Positions 35,862 to 48,230 of a stretch of DNA of 64,000 nt are shown here, in pieces. Positions within the stretch are counted from its first letter, which is position 1, and every line of letters starts with the position of its first letter. The stretch is from the NCBI RefSeq assembly GCF_964204645.1, contig NC_134028.1, positions 18,979,653-19,043,652 on the forward strand, written 5' to 3'. Below the pieces are notes generated by a model. The model worked only from the letters and a program-made list of their open reading frames with translations. It did not search any database and was not told the origin of the DNA. This DNA is from Tubulanus polymorphus (Eukaryota > Animalia > Nemertea). A program made the position numbers and the translations under genes.

Positions 35862-38800
35862 GGGATCAGCGTTCTGGGCGCGTTGGGCCCCGCCATGGTG
35901 AAAAGCCCAAGTCGGAAATTAAATCGCCGTCGGTTGCGTCTCGCGAAGAGTTGATAGAAGGGTTATTGGGACCTCCAGTGAGACAGAGGTTCTCGTAAAT
36001 AGTGTCGGTTGCAAGGCCCTGATTGACACTGGCGCCATGGTGTCAACGGTGTCGGTGTCATTTGCACAACAGATAGGTGCGGCAGTGTACCCTTTGGAGG
36101 GGATCTTGAATGTTTCGACAGCTGCGGGTCATAAGTTGCCCTATCTCGGTTGTACTGTCGTGACACTCGGTATCGGGAACAAAGAAATCGAGGTATTGTC
36201 GCTGGTTGTGCCGGAAACTGAATATAACCGGGTAGTACCGGTTGTCGTAGGCACGAATGTCTTGAAACGGGTATGCGGACTCGTAGATGAGTTACCCCTG
36301 CCTTGGAAGGCATGCGTCCAGTCAATGGCGCAAGTGGAGGAAGAGCTGGTAAAAACGACAAAGCCGATACAAGTGCCTCCCATGAGCGAAATTGCAATTC
36401 ATGGAATCATCCGAGGGGAGTTGAGTAGAGCTAGTACGGTGATGACCTGTCAGTCTACGGTCGTTTTACCCGGAACGCTTACAGTGGTTCCATCGGTGTC
36501 GTCTTTGAACGGCTACGGAGTGAATCGGGTGACGGTAGTTTTAAGGAATGTGGGTTCATGTCCGGTGAGTATTCCGGCTAAGACGCCCGTTTCCAATGTT
36601 TTCTTAGTGTCGCCGGTTCGCTTGGCAGGGCTCGGGACTGATGCTTGGTCAGCAAGGGACGGTCCCGAGCCAGCTGTCAACGGTTGCGGTAATTTGTTTA
36701 GTATGACTGCTGAGACAAACTGTGTAAATAATTCGAGTGATTTAGAGAATCTGAGTAAAAAAGATTTTCTTGCGTCTTTTAATTTTAAGGACACGTCCTT
36801 GAGCGAGGCTGAGTTTTCAGAGTTGGGAGATTTTCTATACAGTTGGAATTTGTTTATTTTCCAAGTCTGCCGATGACATCGGGCGCACATCGATGGTGCG
36901 ACACCGTATTTTATTGAAAGATAAGATTCCGATCAAAGAACGGTACCGACGGGTACCCCCTGCTATGTTCGAAGAGGTACGCCAGCATTTGAAGATGATG
37001 CTGGATGCGGGTATAACCCGGCACTCGTCCAGCCCTTACGCGTCACCTGTTGTGTTGGTAAGGAAGAAAAATGGTGAGCTGAGGTTCTGTGTCGATTATA
37101 GGGCGTTGAATTCGAAAACTGTTGCCGATAGTTTTAGCTTGCCCAGAATCGATGATCTCTTGGACTCAATGTCTGGGGCGAAACTTTTTTCGAGCCTTGA
37201 TTTGAAGGCAGGTTATTGGCAGGTCGAGATGGAAGAGTCCGACAAAGCAAAAACTGCCTTTTCTGCTGGTCCAGGCTTAGGGTTTTTTGAGTTCAACGTT
37301 ATGCCCTTTGGACTTACAGGGGCGCCGTCCACCTTTCAGCGCCTGATGGAGAGATGTTTGGGCGACTTATGTATGCGCGAATGCTTATGCTATCTGGACG
37401 ATGTCCTTGTACATTCGGTCGATTTTAGGCAGCATTTGGTCCGTTTACAACACGTTTTTGAGCGGTTGCACCAAGCAGGGCTCAAGCTTAATCCGGCTAA
37501 ATGTGTATTCTGTTGTTCGTCTCTCATATATCTAGGGCATAGGTTGTCGTCGGAGGGCATCGAAGCAGATCCCGGTAAAATCCAGGTTATCTCTGATTGG
37601 CCTGCTCCCAAGACCATTGGGGAGGTTCGTAAATTTCTTGGGTTTACGGGGTTTTATCGCAAATTCATTTGCTCTTACGCGTCTATAGCCAAGCCCTTGA
37701 CGGATTTACTGGTGGGTGTTGAATCGGGACGAGGAAAAGCTTCAGAGAAAAACTCAGTACAGTGGGGAGATGAACAGGAGAATAGCTTCCGGGAGCTGAA
37801 ATCTTGTCTCACGACGCCTCCTGTGCTTTGCTTCTCAGATTTTACGAAGCCATTTGAGTTACACGTAGACGCCTCCGGAACTGGTCTCGGCGCTGTTCTC
37901 TACCAGGAGCAAGACGGATGTAAACGAGTCGTGGCATATGCTTCTAGGTCTGTATCAAAGACCGAGCGGAATTATCCGACTCATAAATTAGAGTTCCTGG
38001 CCCTCAAGTGGGCTGTAGTTGACAAATTCAAAGATTATCTCTATGGGAACCGTTGTCGGGTACTTACGGACAATAATCCGCTGACATATGTCCTTTCGAC
38101 GGCGCGTCTGGATGCCACCGGCCACCGATGGCTTCAGGCTCTGTCTGTTTTTGACCTGGAAATTTCTTATCGTCGAGGTTAATTGAATGTCGACGCCGAT
38201 CTCTTGTCCCGATGTGGGGTTAGGTCGGAACACTTGGAGGTCAACAGGGATTGTGACATATCAGGCGAGGTTTTTGCAGCTGTGTGCCAGTCTGTCGTTA
38301 GCGACGTTAAGTTCGTGGAGGCTGATTTCGGTATCGGGGAGGTCGACTTGTTAAAATCCCAGGAGAGAGACCCCATTATTGGTCCCATTCGGGAAGCTTT
38401 AGTCAGCGGGAAGAAAGTAAATCTTACTTCCCGTGAGAGTAGGCGGTATCGAAAGTACTTAGCGGGTTTTTCTGTGAGAAATGGACTACTTTGTCGTCGG
38501 ATGAGAGGTAACACGGGAGAAAGGTGGCAGGTGGTCCTGCCTAATTCCGAGCGAGCCTCAGTGCTAAAGTCATTGCATGATGAGATGGCTCATCCTGGAC
38601 GCGATCGATCAGTTGCGCTTATTAGCGATCGTTTCTTTTGGCCAGGAATGAGAGCGGAGGTGGAGGGTTATGTACGTTCGTGCCGACGCTGTGTACTTTT
38701 TAAATCAACGGTTGAACGGGCTCCTCTTTCTTCGATAGTTACCACATATCCGTTTCAGCTGTTATGTATCGATTATTTGAAAATCGAGCCATCAGGAGGA

Positions 38801-40099
38801 GTTGAAGATGTGTTGGTAATAACGGACCACTTTACGAAGTATTGTTGGGCTTTTCCAACCCGGAATCAACTCGCTTCTACCGTTGCAAAGGTTTTGCACG
38901 AGCAGGTGATTACCAAGTTTGGTATCCCGTTAGTGTTGCATTCCGATCAGGGCCAGAACTTCGAAAGCAAAGTGATCAGGGAACTCTGCAAGCGGGCCGG
39001 AGTGACTAAATCTCGGACCACACCTTACCATGCCATGGGCAATGGGGCGTGTGAGAGATTCAATTTCACTCTCATTGGCATGTTAGGTACGTTGGAGGAG
39101 GGTAAAAAAGGTGGATGGAAGGATTATGTTAGTTCGTTGGTCTTTGCGTACAATTGCACTCCTCATCGGGTGACCGGCTTTGAGCCATATTATCTGATGT
39201 TCGGTCGTCAGCCACGGTTACCGGTGGATTTGCGTTATGGGTTGAGGGCTGATGAGGAGGGGGAAGTTGGAGAGTTCGCTAAGACGGTTGATGAGAGACT
39301 AGAGTATGCTTGGGGAGTTGCGAAGGAGAGAATGGAAACAGTCGGGGGTTATGACAAGGTCAGATATGACAAAGCTGCTCGGGGAGGTGTTCTGGAAGTT
39401 GGGGATTTAGTACTGGTTAAGTGTACTGGGTTTAAAACCAGACATAAAATCGCTGACAAATGGGAGGCGGATCCGTACATTGTGGAATCGAAGCCGGCAG
39501 GTGAAGTACCGGTGTACGAGGTCAGAAACGTAGTTTCTAAAAAGAGGCGTGTTGTTCACCGCAACCTCTTGAGGGTCTTGGCTGTAGAGCTTCGTCCTCC
39601 CCGCGAGGGGGAGAATCCTAGGGTAAAACACTCTAGGGAAATGATTCCTCAGCCGCCGATTGTGGATAGTAAGGTGGGGGAATCCAGTGATGAAGAAGGA
39701 GATGAGTTTTTCATTCTTCATAGGATGCCCGACGTCGGACTCGGGGGTAACCGGAGTGACAGTGGTGAGGAACTCAGTGGCGTAGATAACATTCCGCCCC
39801 CCATAGAGTTTCAGACTCCTGTACACGACGAGGATAGTACGACCTTGCAGGAGGAAGTGGCCCCATCACCAGAGGTTCCTGAAGTCAGGTCCCCTGAGAA
39901 GGAGGTATATCTTCGCAGATCACAGCGGGTGCGAAATAAACCTGGCTGGATGGAGTCGGGCCAGTATGTCCAGTCCTTGACTCAGCCTGAATGGCGAGAG
40001 GGGGCTGATTATTTAGTGTCGTTGGCCGGAAATGCGAGTGTAGCCAGTAACGCATGCTTGCTGAATGCTGTGGTCCAGTTTCTGGTCAGCACGGTATAG
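35849..40099 (+). pseudogene. Gypsy pol (protease, RT, RNase H, integrase) with about three lesions
   Basis: Motifs LIDTGA, RFCVDYR, YLDD, VDASG, TDNNPL, HSDQG and GACERFN. Frameshifts near 35975 and 36850-36890; in-frame TAA at 38180-38182. Confidence 0.9.
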
Positions 40100-40314
40100 T
40101 ATTTTATTGTGAATTTTACTGATTTGTGATACCGTGCAATGGTCTGCAGAGATTGTCTAGTTTGTTTATTTATGTTATATACCTAGCCGGGTTGTGCGGA
40201 TGTTTTATAGCAGGAGGTAGTTATTTTAGTTGTGACAGGTTTCTTTATTCCTAGGGGGTTAAGAGAATTTCCAGGTACATTCCGGGACGGAATGTTCTTC
40301 AGGCGGGGGAAGTA

Positions 40315-41133
40315 TGTCGTAGTGTCGATTTTGCCGGAGTCGATATGTAACTCCGAATTCCGTGCCGCGGTCATTTTACTGGTCTGGCAAGTGGCGCCGC
40401 CAAATTGAGTTGGCGTCCTTGGAGACCCGCAGCGTCAGTCGTCTTCGTATTACTATGAAGTGAAGTACGTTCTTGAATAAACTGTGGCATTTGACAAAGT
40501 TTTCGTGTTGTTTACTCTGCAGGTAAATTAGTTTGATCTTCTCTCTATTTTAAAGTATACTACGATGTGCTCAAGCTTCGAGTTGTTGATCGTCAGGGTG
40601 TTTGGGGTGAATTGATTGTGTGTTTAGGGGAAATTATTCATGGTAGATTTTCCCGCGCTGAGCGTTATCAAGGGGGCGCTGTTGATTATTTGTGGTTTAT
40701 ATGTGTATGTGGTCTGTGTCCTTAAGTATTTAGTAACGCAGTTCTTTTGCTTGATAAATTAACGAATCTTGGGTGAGTAAAATGTGATATTAAATGATGC
40801 AGTTTTGATGTAATGTGAGATATATTTGTTAGATTGATTGTAAATAATTGTAAGGGGAGCGTGAGTCGTCTTCATATTACTATGAAGTGAAGTACGTTCT
40901 TGAATAAACTGTGGCATTTGACAAAGTTTACGTGTTGTTTACTCTGCAGGTTCGGGGTCGTTCGAGGATTCTTCCCTCCGGCTTCTACAGTTCGGGACAA
41001 GGAGGAACGACACAGCTGCATCCTGCTGAATAGGAACGTGGGTGAGGTGAAGAGCTGAGAGGAACTCGTAGGTCGGTTCTCCCTGCATTCGATCAGAAGT
41101 TAACTCCGGTGCAAACGGGATTGAGCTACGACA
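40315..41133 (+). repeat. 3' LTR of the Gypsy element (819 bp) with an internal ~86-bp direct repeat
   Basis: TGTCGTAG...CTACGACA directly after the PPT. Repeats at 40437-40522 and 40864-40949 each contain AATAAA. Confidence 0.85.
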
Positions 41134-41137
41134 TTAG

Positions 41138-44030
41138 CAAACCTATGCACAAAGACATCTAACAAAAAAATATCAGCACATCAATACTTGGCGATATGCC
41201 GACCGAGGAACAAGGAACTTATACTACAATGTATTCCCCTAACTATAAATCATACAAACGTATTAACCATATAAACCCTCAGAATTAATCCTACAAGAAC
41301 AATAATCTTAACCTTACACACAGAACAACATAATAATCAAACTATACCAAACTATTGTACATGTACGCATCAAACGTAGAAAGAAACAACTCAGTATACA
41401 AATGTCAAGCAGAGACGCCACGATATATGGAAACATAACAACGATTCACGTATCCATTACCAGCAACGTGATCAATTTATCGACCGGACGGATAAACTCG
41501 GTGTTCGCGGTTTTCCCCAAGACGGATCGAACGAAACCTTTCTTGTCTGGACAGGTCTCGACAACACGGCCCATGGCCCAACTATCGCAGCATGAGTTGT
41601 CGACCAGCAATACGACGTCACCGATCTGAAGATTTTGCTTAACGGATTGCCACTTGTGACGCAACTGTTAAGTGGACAAATACTCAAACACCCACCGAAA
41701 ATTGATCCGCTAAGAACTGAACGCTACGCCATCGCTTACGGGCATAATTATCGGTCTTCGCAAAATTACCAGGGGAACCGCATTTTCCTTTTTGCGCGAG
41801 AAGTAAATGGTTCGGAGTGAGCACTTCCATATCATGAATATCACTTGAACCTTTGGTGATAGGACGGTTGTTCAAAATGTTTCCACTTCGCAAAATAGAG
41901 TCGCCAGTAAATCATCATCTAATACTACTGGATTGTCTCTCAGCAAGCCATACAGGACCTGACGCACAGAACGGATAAGCCTCTCCCAGGCACCACTTAA
42001 GTGGGACTCACTGGGCGGATTGAATTCCCACTGGATGCTGCGCTGCTGAAGAGACTTAGATATTTTGTTGACGTCCAAGTTTTCCAATTCCCGACGCATC
42101 TCGGACTCAGCTCCGACTAAATTGGTTCCGTTGTCGGAACGCATAAATTTCACTGGCCCCTTTCGGGCTACGAATCTCCAGAACGAATTTATGCACGAAT
42201 CGGTGTCCAACGAGAATGCGAGCTCCAAGTGGACAGCATGCGACGCAAAACAAGTGAAAATCACACCATACCTTTTTAGAACCAATCGCGACCGTTTAAT
42301 TTCGAAAGGACCAAAGAAGTCCACTCTGGTATGGCTGAACGGTGGTTCATTTACAGCTAACCTCTCGGGAGGCAGATCAGCCATCTTCTGCTCATTCACT
42401 CGTCCGCGATAACGACGGAACAACGTACACTTAATAATGACCGACTTGATCAATGTCACAACTCCGAGTATCCAGTAGGTCTTCCGCACATGAGCTAAAA
42501 TTGAATCGCGACCGAGGTGTCCTACAGCTCTATACGCATCACGAACGATCAATCTGGACACATCCGAATCTTTCGGCAGAACTGACGGATGACGCTGTTC
42601 GTAGGGAATTGTCGCTCGTCCCAAGCGCCCACCAACTCGTATCATATCCTGATCCAAAAACGCATCGATTTGATACAATCTACTTCCCCGACTGACACGA
42701 CCAGAGGGAAGGACGGTTAGCTCGTCGGGGAAGTGCTGCTGCTGGACGATTCGAACGATCAAATCGGTTCCATTGCGAAAGTGTCTCCAGCTGAGGCAAC
42801 GATACTTATCAGGGTCGACAGGATTGCCCCGAACTTTATCACGCAGATAATGAACAACGGATATCAGCCAGCCGACTGCCCGACGCAGTTTAAACCAATC
42901 TCCGTAGTAGTCTATTAACTGACAGACCGGGTGAGGCACCTCACCCTCACGCGCATGCATGGTTCGGAACACGGGTTGGCTCTTTATTTCCGGATCATCC
43001 GACGCATCAAACGATTCATTAGGCCACTCGTCAGGAGCTCGATAAAGAAACTCCGGCCCCTGTAACCACCTTGCTAGCTTGGCGTGAGCCCAGTTGAGAC
43101 TCCGCCCACGAGACGCTTCGTCAGCCGGATTGTCCTCTGATCTTACGTGTCTCCATTTCTGTTCGTCGGGCCCTGCACGGATGGCGCTAACCTTATTCGC
43201 CACGAACGTGCGGAAACGAGTAGATTCGTTTTTCACATATCCTGTCTGTCCAATAGTAGATGTCAACTTGCGCAGGACTAACTTCACTGGAAAAACGAAA
43301 GGCGATATCAGACCCAGAGGATCATACACACTACTGACAATCGATAACAAGCCCCGTCGAGAAGGGGCACGATCCGGAATCGACGGTCGAAAAATGTGTC
43401 AGCACGTACGTCCCATATCATGCCTAAGACACTCTCGATTGACGACGGTTCGGGATCACCATTCAAACACATAGATTACTCCCGACTTTCAGGCAAAACG
43501 GATTCCATCACGTCACGACTATTAGAAATCCAACCGCGCAAATTGAAACTGCCCTTTTTGCAGAGGCTGGTGGCACCATCCAGGAAAACCTTTGCCTCTG
43601 GCATAGAGTTAACCGATTTCAAGTAATCATCCATATAAAAATGCCTGAAAAATGATTCTGAAATCTCTGGTGCGAAATGTTCTTTGTTATCTATGGCAGC
43701 TTGTCGCAACGCTGTGTTTGCTTAACTTGGAGACAAATAAATGACGAGTCATACGATATGTACACGGAGCGCGGCTGGTATCGCTGTTTGGCCACCAGAG
43801 GAAGCGCAAGCAATCTCCATCCCTTTCCGGAACTGACACTATGAGGAACATCTTTTCGACATCGGCAGAGATAGCAATTTTATTTTCCCGGAATCGCTCG
43901 AGAACACCAACTAAGGTACTCGTCAAATACGGGCCCTGCAACGGAACAGTATTTAAGGACGCGCCACAAAACGTAGTGGAACCATCAAGACAACGCGTAT
44001 TTTCCTGCGCGTAGTCATCCAGACGCGTTA
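41138..44030 (-). pseudogene. Degenerate BEL/Pao pol (RT, RNase H, integrase) and 3' UTR
   Basis: Fragments ADVEKMF, LRFLWWP, FYMDD, YDPLG, NPAD, SDNGTN, AWERLIRSV and LTPNHLL, with many frameshifts. Confidence 0.9.
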
Positions 44031-45410
44031 CAAAATCGACGAACGTTTCCTGATGATTCTTCGATTCTTTACGAAACTTAACACGATAAGCTGCCGGTGG
44101 ATAAGATGGCCTCTTTCACGGAGCGATAACACTTCTGATCGGTATCAGATAATGCGAAATATGCCTGCTGCACAGGTCCTGTTAGATAGGGTTCTAACAC
44201 ACGTGTATACTCACTGCCCGCAAGGTTATAACGCTGAGCCAAATTCTCAAAGGTCTTAAAATAGAAATGAATATCATCACTGTTGTTGAGCTTCTGCAGC
44301 TCGATTAACCTCCGCAACTGAGTTACGTTGAATTTCGATTCGATTAATTGATGAACAGTTTTTAACAAAGCCTCGTTATCCTCGCGACGCGTCTCAGAAA
44401 AATGGGCCAGCAATCCCTTGAACATAGTTTCAACACTATTGCCATCAGTCTTCAACGAGTTACCCAGTCCGGGAGATGGCTCGGTAATAACTTTTAAGTC
44501 CGCGAGCGCACTGACTTTATCCTCTTTTGACGGGAGTAAGGCCACACCTAAATGATTGTGTTCGCACAAACACTTGAGATACTCCGCAGTATTACGTCGC
44601 AAAACGGACTTGGATTCTTCACTGGACATCATACGCGGATGTTCTGAAGATACTACTAAGTTTAACGAGACGGACGACAGGATCATACGCGGATGACTCC
44701 TCTGTTGGTCCGACAATACTACTAAACGACGAGACGGACGACAGGATCATACGCGGTTGACTCCTCAGGTGGTCCGACACTACTACTAAACGACGAGACG
44801 GACGACTGGATCATACGCGGACGACTCCGTGGGTGGTCCGACACTACTACTAAACGACGAGACGGACGACTGGATCATACGCGGATGACTCCGTGGGTGG
44901 TCAGACGATACTACTAAACGACGAGACGGACGACTGGATCATACGCGGATGACTCCTCAGGTGGTCCGACGCTACTACTAAACGACGAGACTGACGACTG
45001 GATCATGCGCGGATGACTCCGTGGGTGGTCCGACACTACTACTAAACGACGAGACTGACGACTGGATCATGCGCGGATGACTCCTCAGGTGGCCCGACAA
45101 TACTACTTCAAACTGGTGGCGCGCTCCGTCTGGTCACGTGTGCCAAACCACACCTCGAAAACGCACGAAAAAGTTAGATAAACCGTTTACCTGTAAGGTT
45201 TGCCCCACGCTTTGGGCGCCATTATGTAGAGGGTCCTTCCAACTACATAAAATCAACAACGCGAGATCTTGATGAAAACTTACAGTCAACTTTATTTAAC
45301 GATTCTACCAGACGTTCTCATAAAGCGCGAGCGCCATTTACAACACAAAACTCCACTGACACTGCTGGTGGCGCCACCTTACCATATACCATTAGACTGG
45401 TTCCCCTACA
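44030..45410 (-). mobile_element. 5' fragment of another Gypsy element: 186-bp LTR, tRNA-Lys-like PBS, 64-bp tandem array, partial gag
   Basis: LTR at 45225-45410 (TGTAG...CTACA). PBS TGGCGCCCAAAGCGTGGGG at 45221-45203. Gag motif DDIHFYFKTFENLA...PYLTGPVQQAY...YRSVKEAIL. Confidence 0.8.
44630..45108. repeat. 64-bp minisatellite, ~7 copies
   Basis: ACTAAACGACGAGAC recurs at 44721, 44785, 44849 and 44913, and continues. Confidence 0.9.
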
Positions 45411-45476
45411 GATGGTCTATTGGGATGACGCTGCGCTAGTAATTTACTGGCCCTGGTTCGAGTCTCGCTCTATCCG
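45411..45476 (+). repeat. tRNA-derived sequence abutting the LTR
   Basis: A-box-like TGGTCTATTGG and B-box GGTTCGAGTC at tRNA spacing; stems are imperfect. Confidence 0.45.
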
Positions 45477-45731
45477 CTCTATTTTCTCAAACTGTTCTCC
45501 ACAGTTCCTTCAAATTTTCTAAGTCGCACACCTCTCTGCGTATGCACGGAGTAAATCAGCCAATTAGAGACGATATCTAGCAAAATAGTGTTCAGTAGTC
45601 GGTGACCGGATCTTTTAAATAACTACTGCCTATATAAAAATCATTGCTTAATGAATTATTCAACCAAGTTGAAGAACGTCAATTCAATTCAATGTAGAAG
45701 TAGAAGTAGGCTTATCTATAAGCCCTAAGGC

Positions 45732-46496
45732 TAGTCTAGTACCTAGCCATTGCTCCCCAAACAACGTCTAGGGCCAAAGTGAACATTAGGTTAATTTTCG
45801 TCCCTTGTTTTGAGGGACAAGGATTTGAGCACCTATTTCACCTCTTAAAACACCATCAACTTACCTCAAACTAACTGTTCTGTAATCAGATGGAAGTTAG
45901 GCCTAACTATTGTTTGAGCATAAATTTGTAATCGTAAGTAGCTTTTGACGATCGTAGTAACTCAAAACTTTTGACTAGTCGCCTCAGAAAATAGTTGAAA
46001 TGAAGCAATATAACAAATGTGGCGGCTTTTTTCGTGTTGCATCATGGGAGGGTAAATTACATATTCGGACTTTATCTTGGACTGACATTGATGCCAATGC
46101 AATTATTATTCTTGTTTAAAATTCTTAAAGTACAATTCGCCAAAATTAATGCGTTTTATCAACGAAAAATAATATTTAGAGTTATTTTAGAGAGTCTTAT
46201 TGAATTTTGACATTATATTTATTTAGTCCGTATTGGAAATCCCGATTGTGACAATCAATTCAATTTAAATAAAATCAATAAATTCTCTGGTTCCCGATTT
46301 AAATCATCAAAAATATTATTATAAAACATGTTTTCATAGTCAACAAGGTAACTAGTTCATTTATTTGATTGAGTACAAAGGTTTGATTTGACACTAATAT
46401 CAGTTGTTACATTGCAAAAAACTGGAGTTAACCTCTTTATGACAGTTTGGCGTCAGTCGTTGTAGGGAACCATAACAACGACTGGTATTCAGACTA
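45732..46496. mobile_element. Non-autonomous DNA transposon TAGTCT...AGACTA with a 10-bp TSD (AcademH-like)
   Basis: GCCCTAAGGC at 45722-45731 and 46497-46506. A second similar terminus starts at 46507. Confidence 0.6.
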
Positions 46497-46599
46497 GCCC
46501 TAAGGCTAGTCTGAATACCAGTAATCTGTTATCTGTAGCAATACGTCGCAGTAGAGAGCGCAAGTAAGGTTAATTTTTGCTGAGCTGGGCGTCAATCTA

Positions 46600-47372
46600 C
46601 TCAGTTGTACCAGAGCAGGTGCTATTTTCCGGCAGTTTATTCCAATCAATCAAGTGTTGTTATGAGTGTTGTACTGTTCGGTGTTCGCAAAGGGAACAAT
46701 AAAGCACTTCGAGTTGTTGTAGCCTATGTATAACGATCGACGATGTCGGTTGTTGAGTAGTCTTTATAACGCGCTGGCTGACGAAGACTTCGTCTGCCTC
46801 GGGGTATTGGTTTTAAGAACTCTGATGAGGGTATGGCCGGTACCAGCCCCTCGACAACCCTCTACATAAAGCCATGACATGTTTTCAGACGACGTTCTTC
46901 TAAACTCGGAAGGTTATTTTCCATTAGCAATTTTGTAACCCAACCTGGTTGTCTTGATTTGTAGTCGATTGTAATGAATCGCGCTGCGCGGTACTCTATG
47001 CACTCCAAACAGGTTATATCTTGTCTGAGATAGGGGTCCCATATAATGGCCCCATACTCTAGTAATGGCCGAACAAGTGTGATGTATGCGAGATGTGTTG
47101 ATGCCATTTGAGGTCTTCCGAAAATTCAATGCCGAGATATTGTTGGCTGCTGACCTGTTTTAGAATTTCATTGTTTAGGCTGTAGAAGTATTGGGAATGA
47201 TTTGAGGTACTTATAATATAGCATTTCTTCACATTGAAATACATTCCCCACTCTCTAGCCCATGTTTGGAGTGATGCTAGGTCTTCTTGCATAATTATGT
47301 CATCGTTGAAGCTTTTAATTTCTCGGTAGAGGAGGCAGTCATCGTCGAACAGTCTGACCTGGGATTTGACAG
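46600..47372 (-). mobile_element. 5'-truncated, degenerate CR1/L2-group LINE (RT C-terminal part)
   Basis: Fragments LFDDDCLLYR, QEDLASLQTWAREWGMYFNVKKC, YLGI and LVRPLLEYGAIIWDPY. Confidence 0.85.
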
Positions 47373-47784
47373 TATAGTATAGTAGGGGCCGAGGCCTAGT
47401 GTGGACTCAAAACATCAAAAGAATCAAGTTCTGTAATGCGTTTCTTTTATAACTCAACGTTTATTTAACAATAACTACAAAATACAAATAAAAAATAGTA
47501 AATACATTTTCTACACATAACATGGAGTTCGCATTGCCGTGGGCAAAAACTATAAAGTTTCCCAAGTCTCCGTCCAAGTCTCCGTTCCCAAATCCCGAAA
47601 ATTACTGATCGTATTTCAAGCGTTACGACATGAACTTTGATGATCTAAGTGTCGCTGGTTTATTGTTTGCCACGTATAAATGTTATTGCATCCCGGATAT
47701 GAAATAATGATTTTTGATGACCTCCAGGGTATATATGTAAGTGCAAGGTTCGAATCCCAAATGAGTAACAGAAAAATACATTGA

Positions 47785-48230
47785 TTTTTAGCTCCGCTGT
47801 GACTGAAGGTCAGCCGAGCTGATAGGTGAGGGGGATTATTCATCGTCGTCTCCGTCCGTCACTTTTTGCTTCAATTCGCTACTAGTCCTAGTTTTAATCA
47901 GATCAATTCCAAATTTAGTATGAATGTTCTTTGGACAAAGGCCTATAAAGTTATAGAGCCTTTTTTTTTATTCGTCCCCAGGGGGCGCCCTGGGGGTGGA
48001 GATCCTATTTCTCCAAATTGCTACCAGTCCTACAGTTTTAATCTGATCAATTCCAAATTTGGTATAAATGTTTCATGGACCAAGGCCTATAAAGTTACAA
48101 AGCCATTTTTTGGATCTGTCCCCAAGGCGGCATCCCTGGGGGTGGAGTTTCTATTTCTTCATATGGCTACTAGTCCTACAGTTTTAATCAGATCAATTTC
48201 AAATTTAGTATGAATGTTTCATGGACCAAG
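47785..48230 (+). mobile_element. 3'-truncated HINE (Helentron-associated)
   Basis: Starts TTTTTAGCTC, then a hairpin, a (CGTC)n tract and ~145-bp tandem units. Confidence 0.7.

Larger units (their letters stand above)
33156..41133 (+). mobile_element. Ty3/Gypsy retrotransposon with PNMA-like gag, a single 3' LTR and inverted ~190-bp termini
   Basis: Ends TGTCGTAGCTC...GAGCTACGACA, flanked by TTAG at 33152-33155 and 41134-41137. Domain order gag-PR-RT-RH-IN. PPT AGGCGGGGGAAG at 40301-40312. Confidence 0.9.

Noticed and set aside
33156-41133. DIRS-type element as the explanation for the inverted termini
   Set aside because: It encodes protease and DDE integrase, has a PPT and a 4-bp TSD, and shows no tyrosine recombinase or methyltransferase.
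40950-41133. Ribozyme in the terminal module
   Set aside because: No hammerhead (CUGANGA...GAAA with flanking stems) or HDV core could be assembled by eye.
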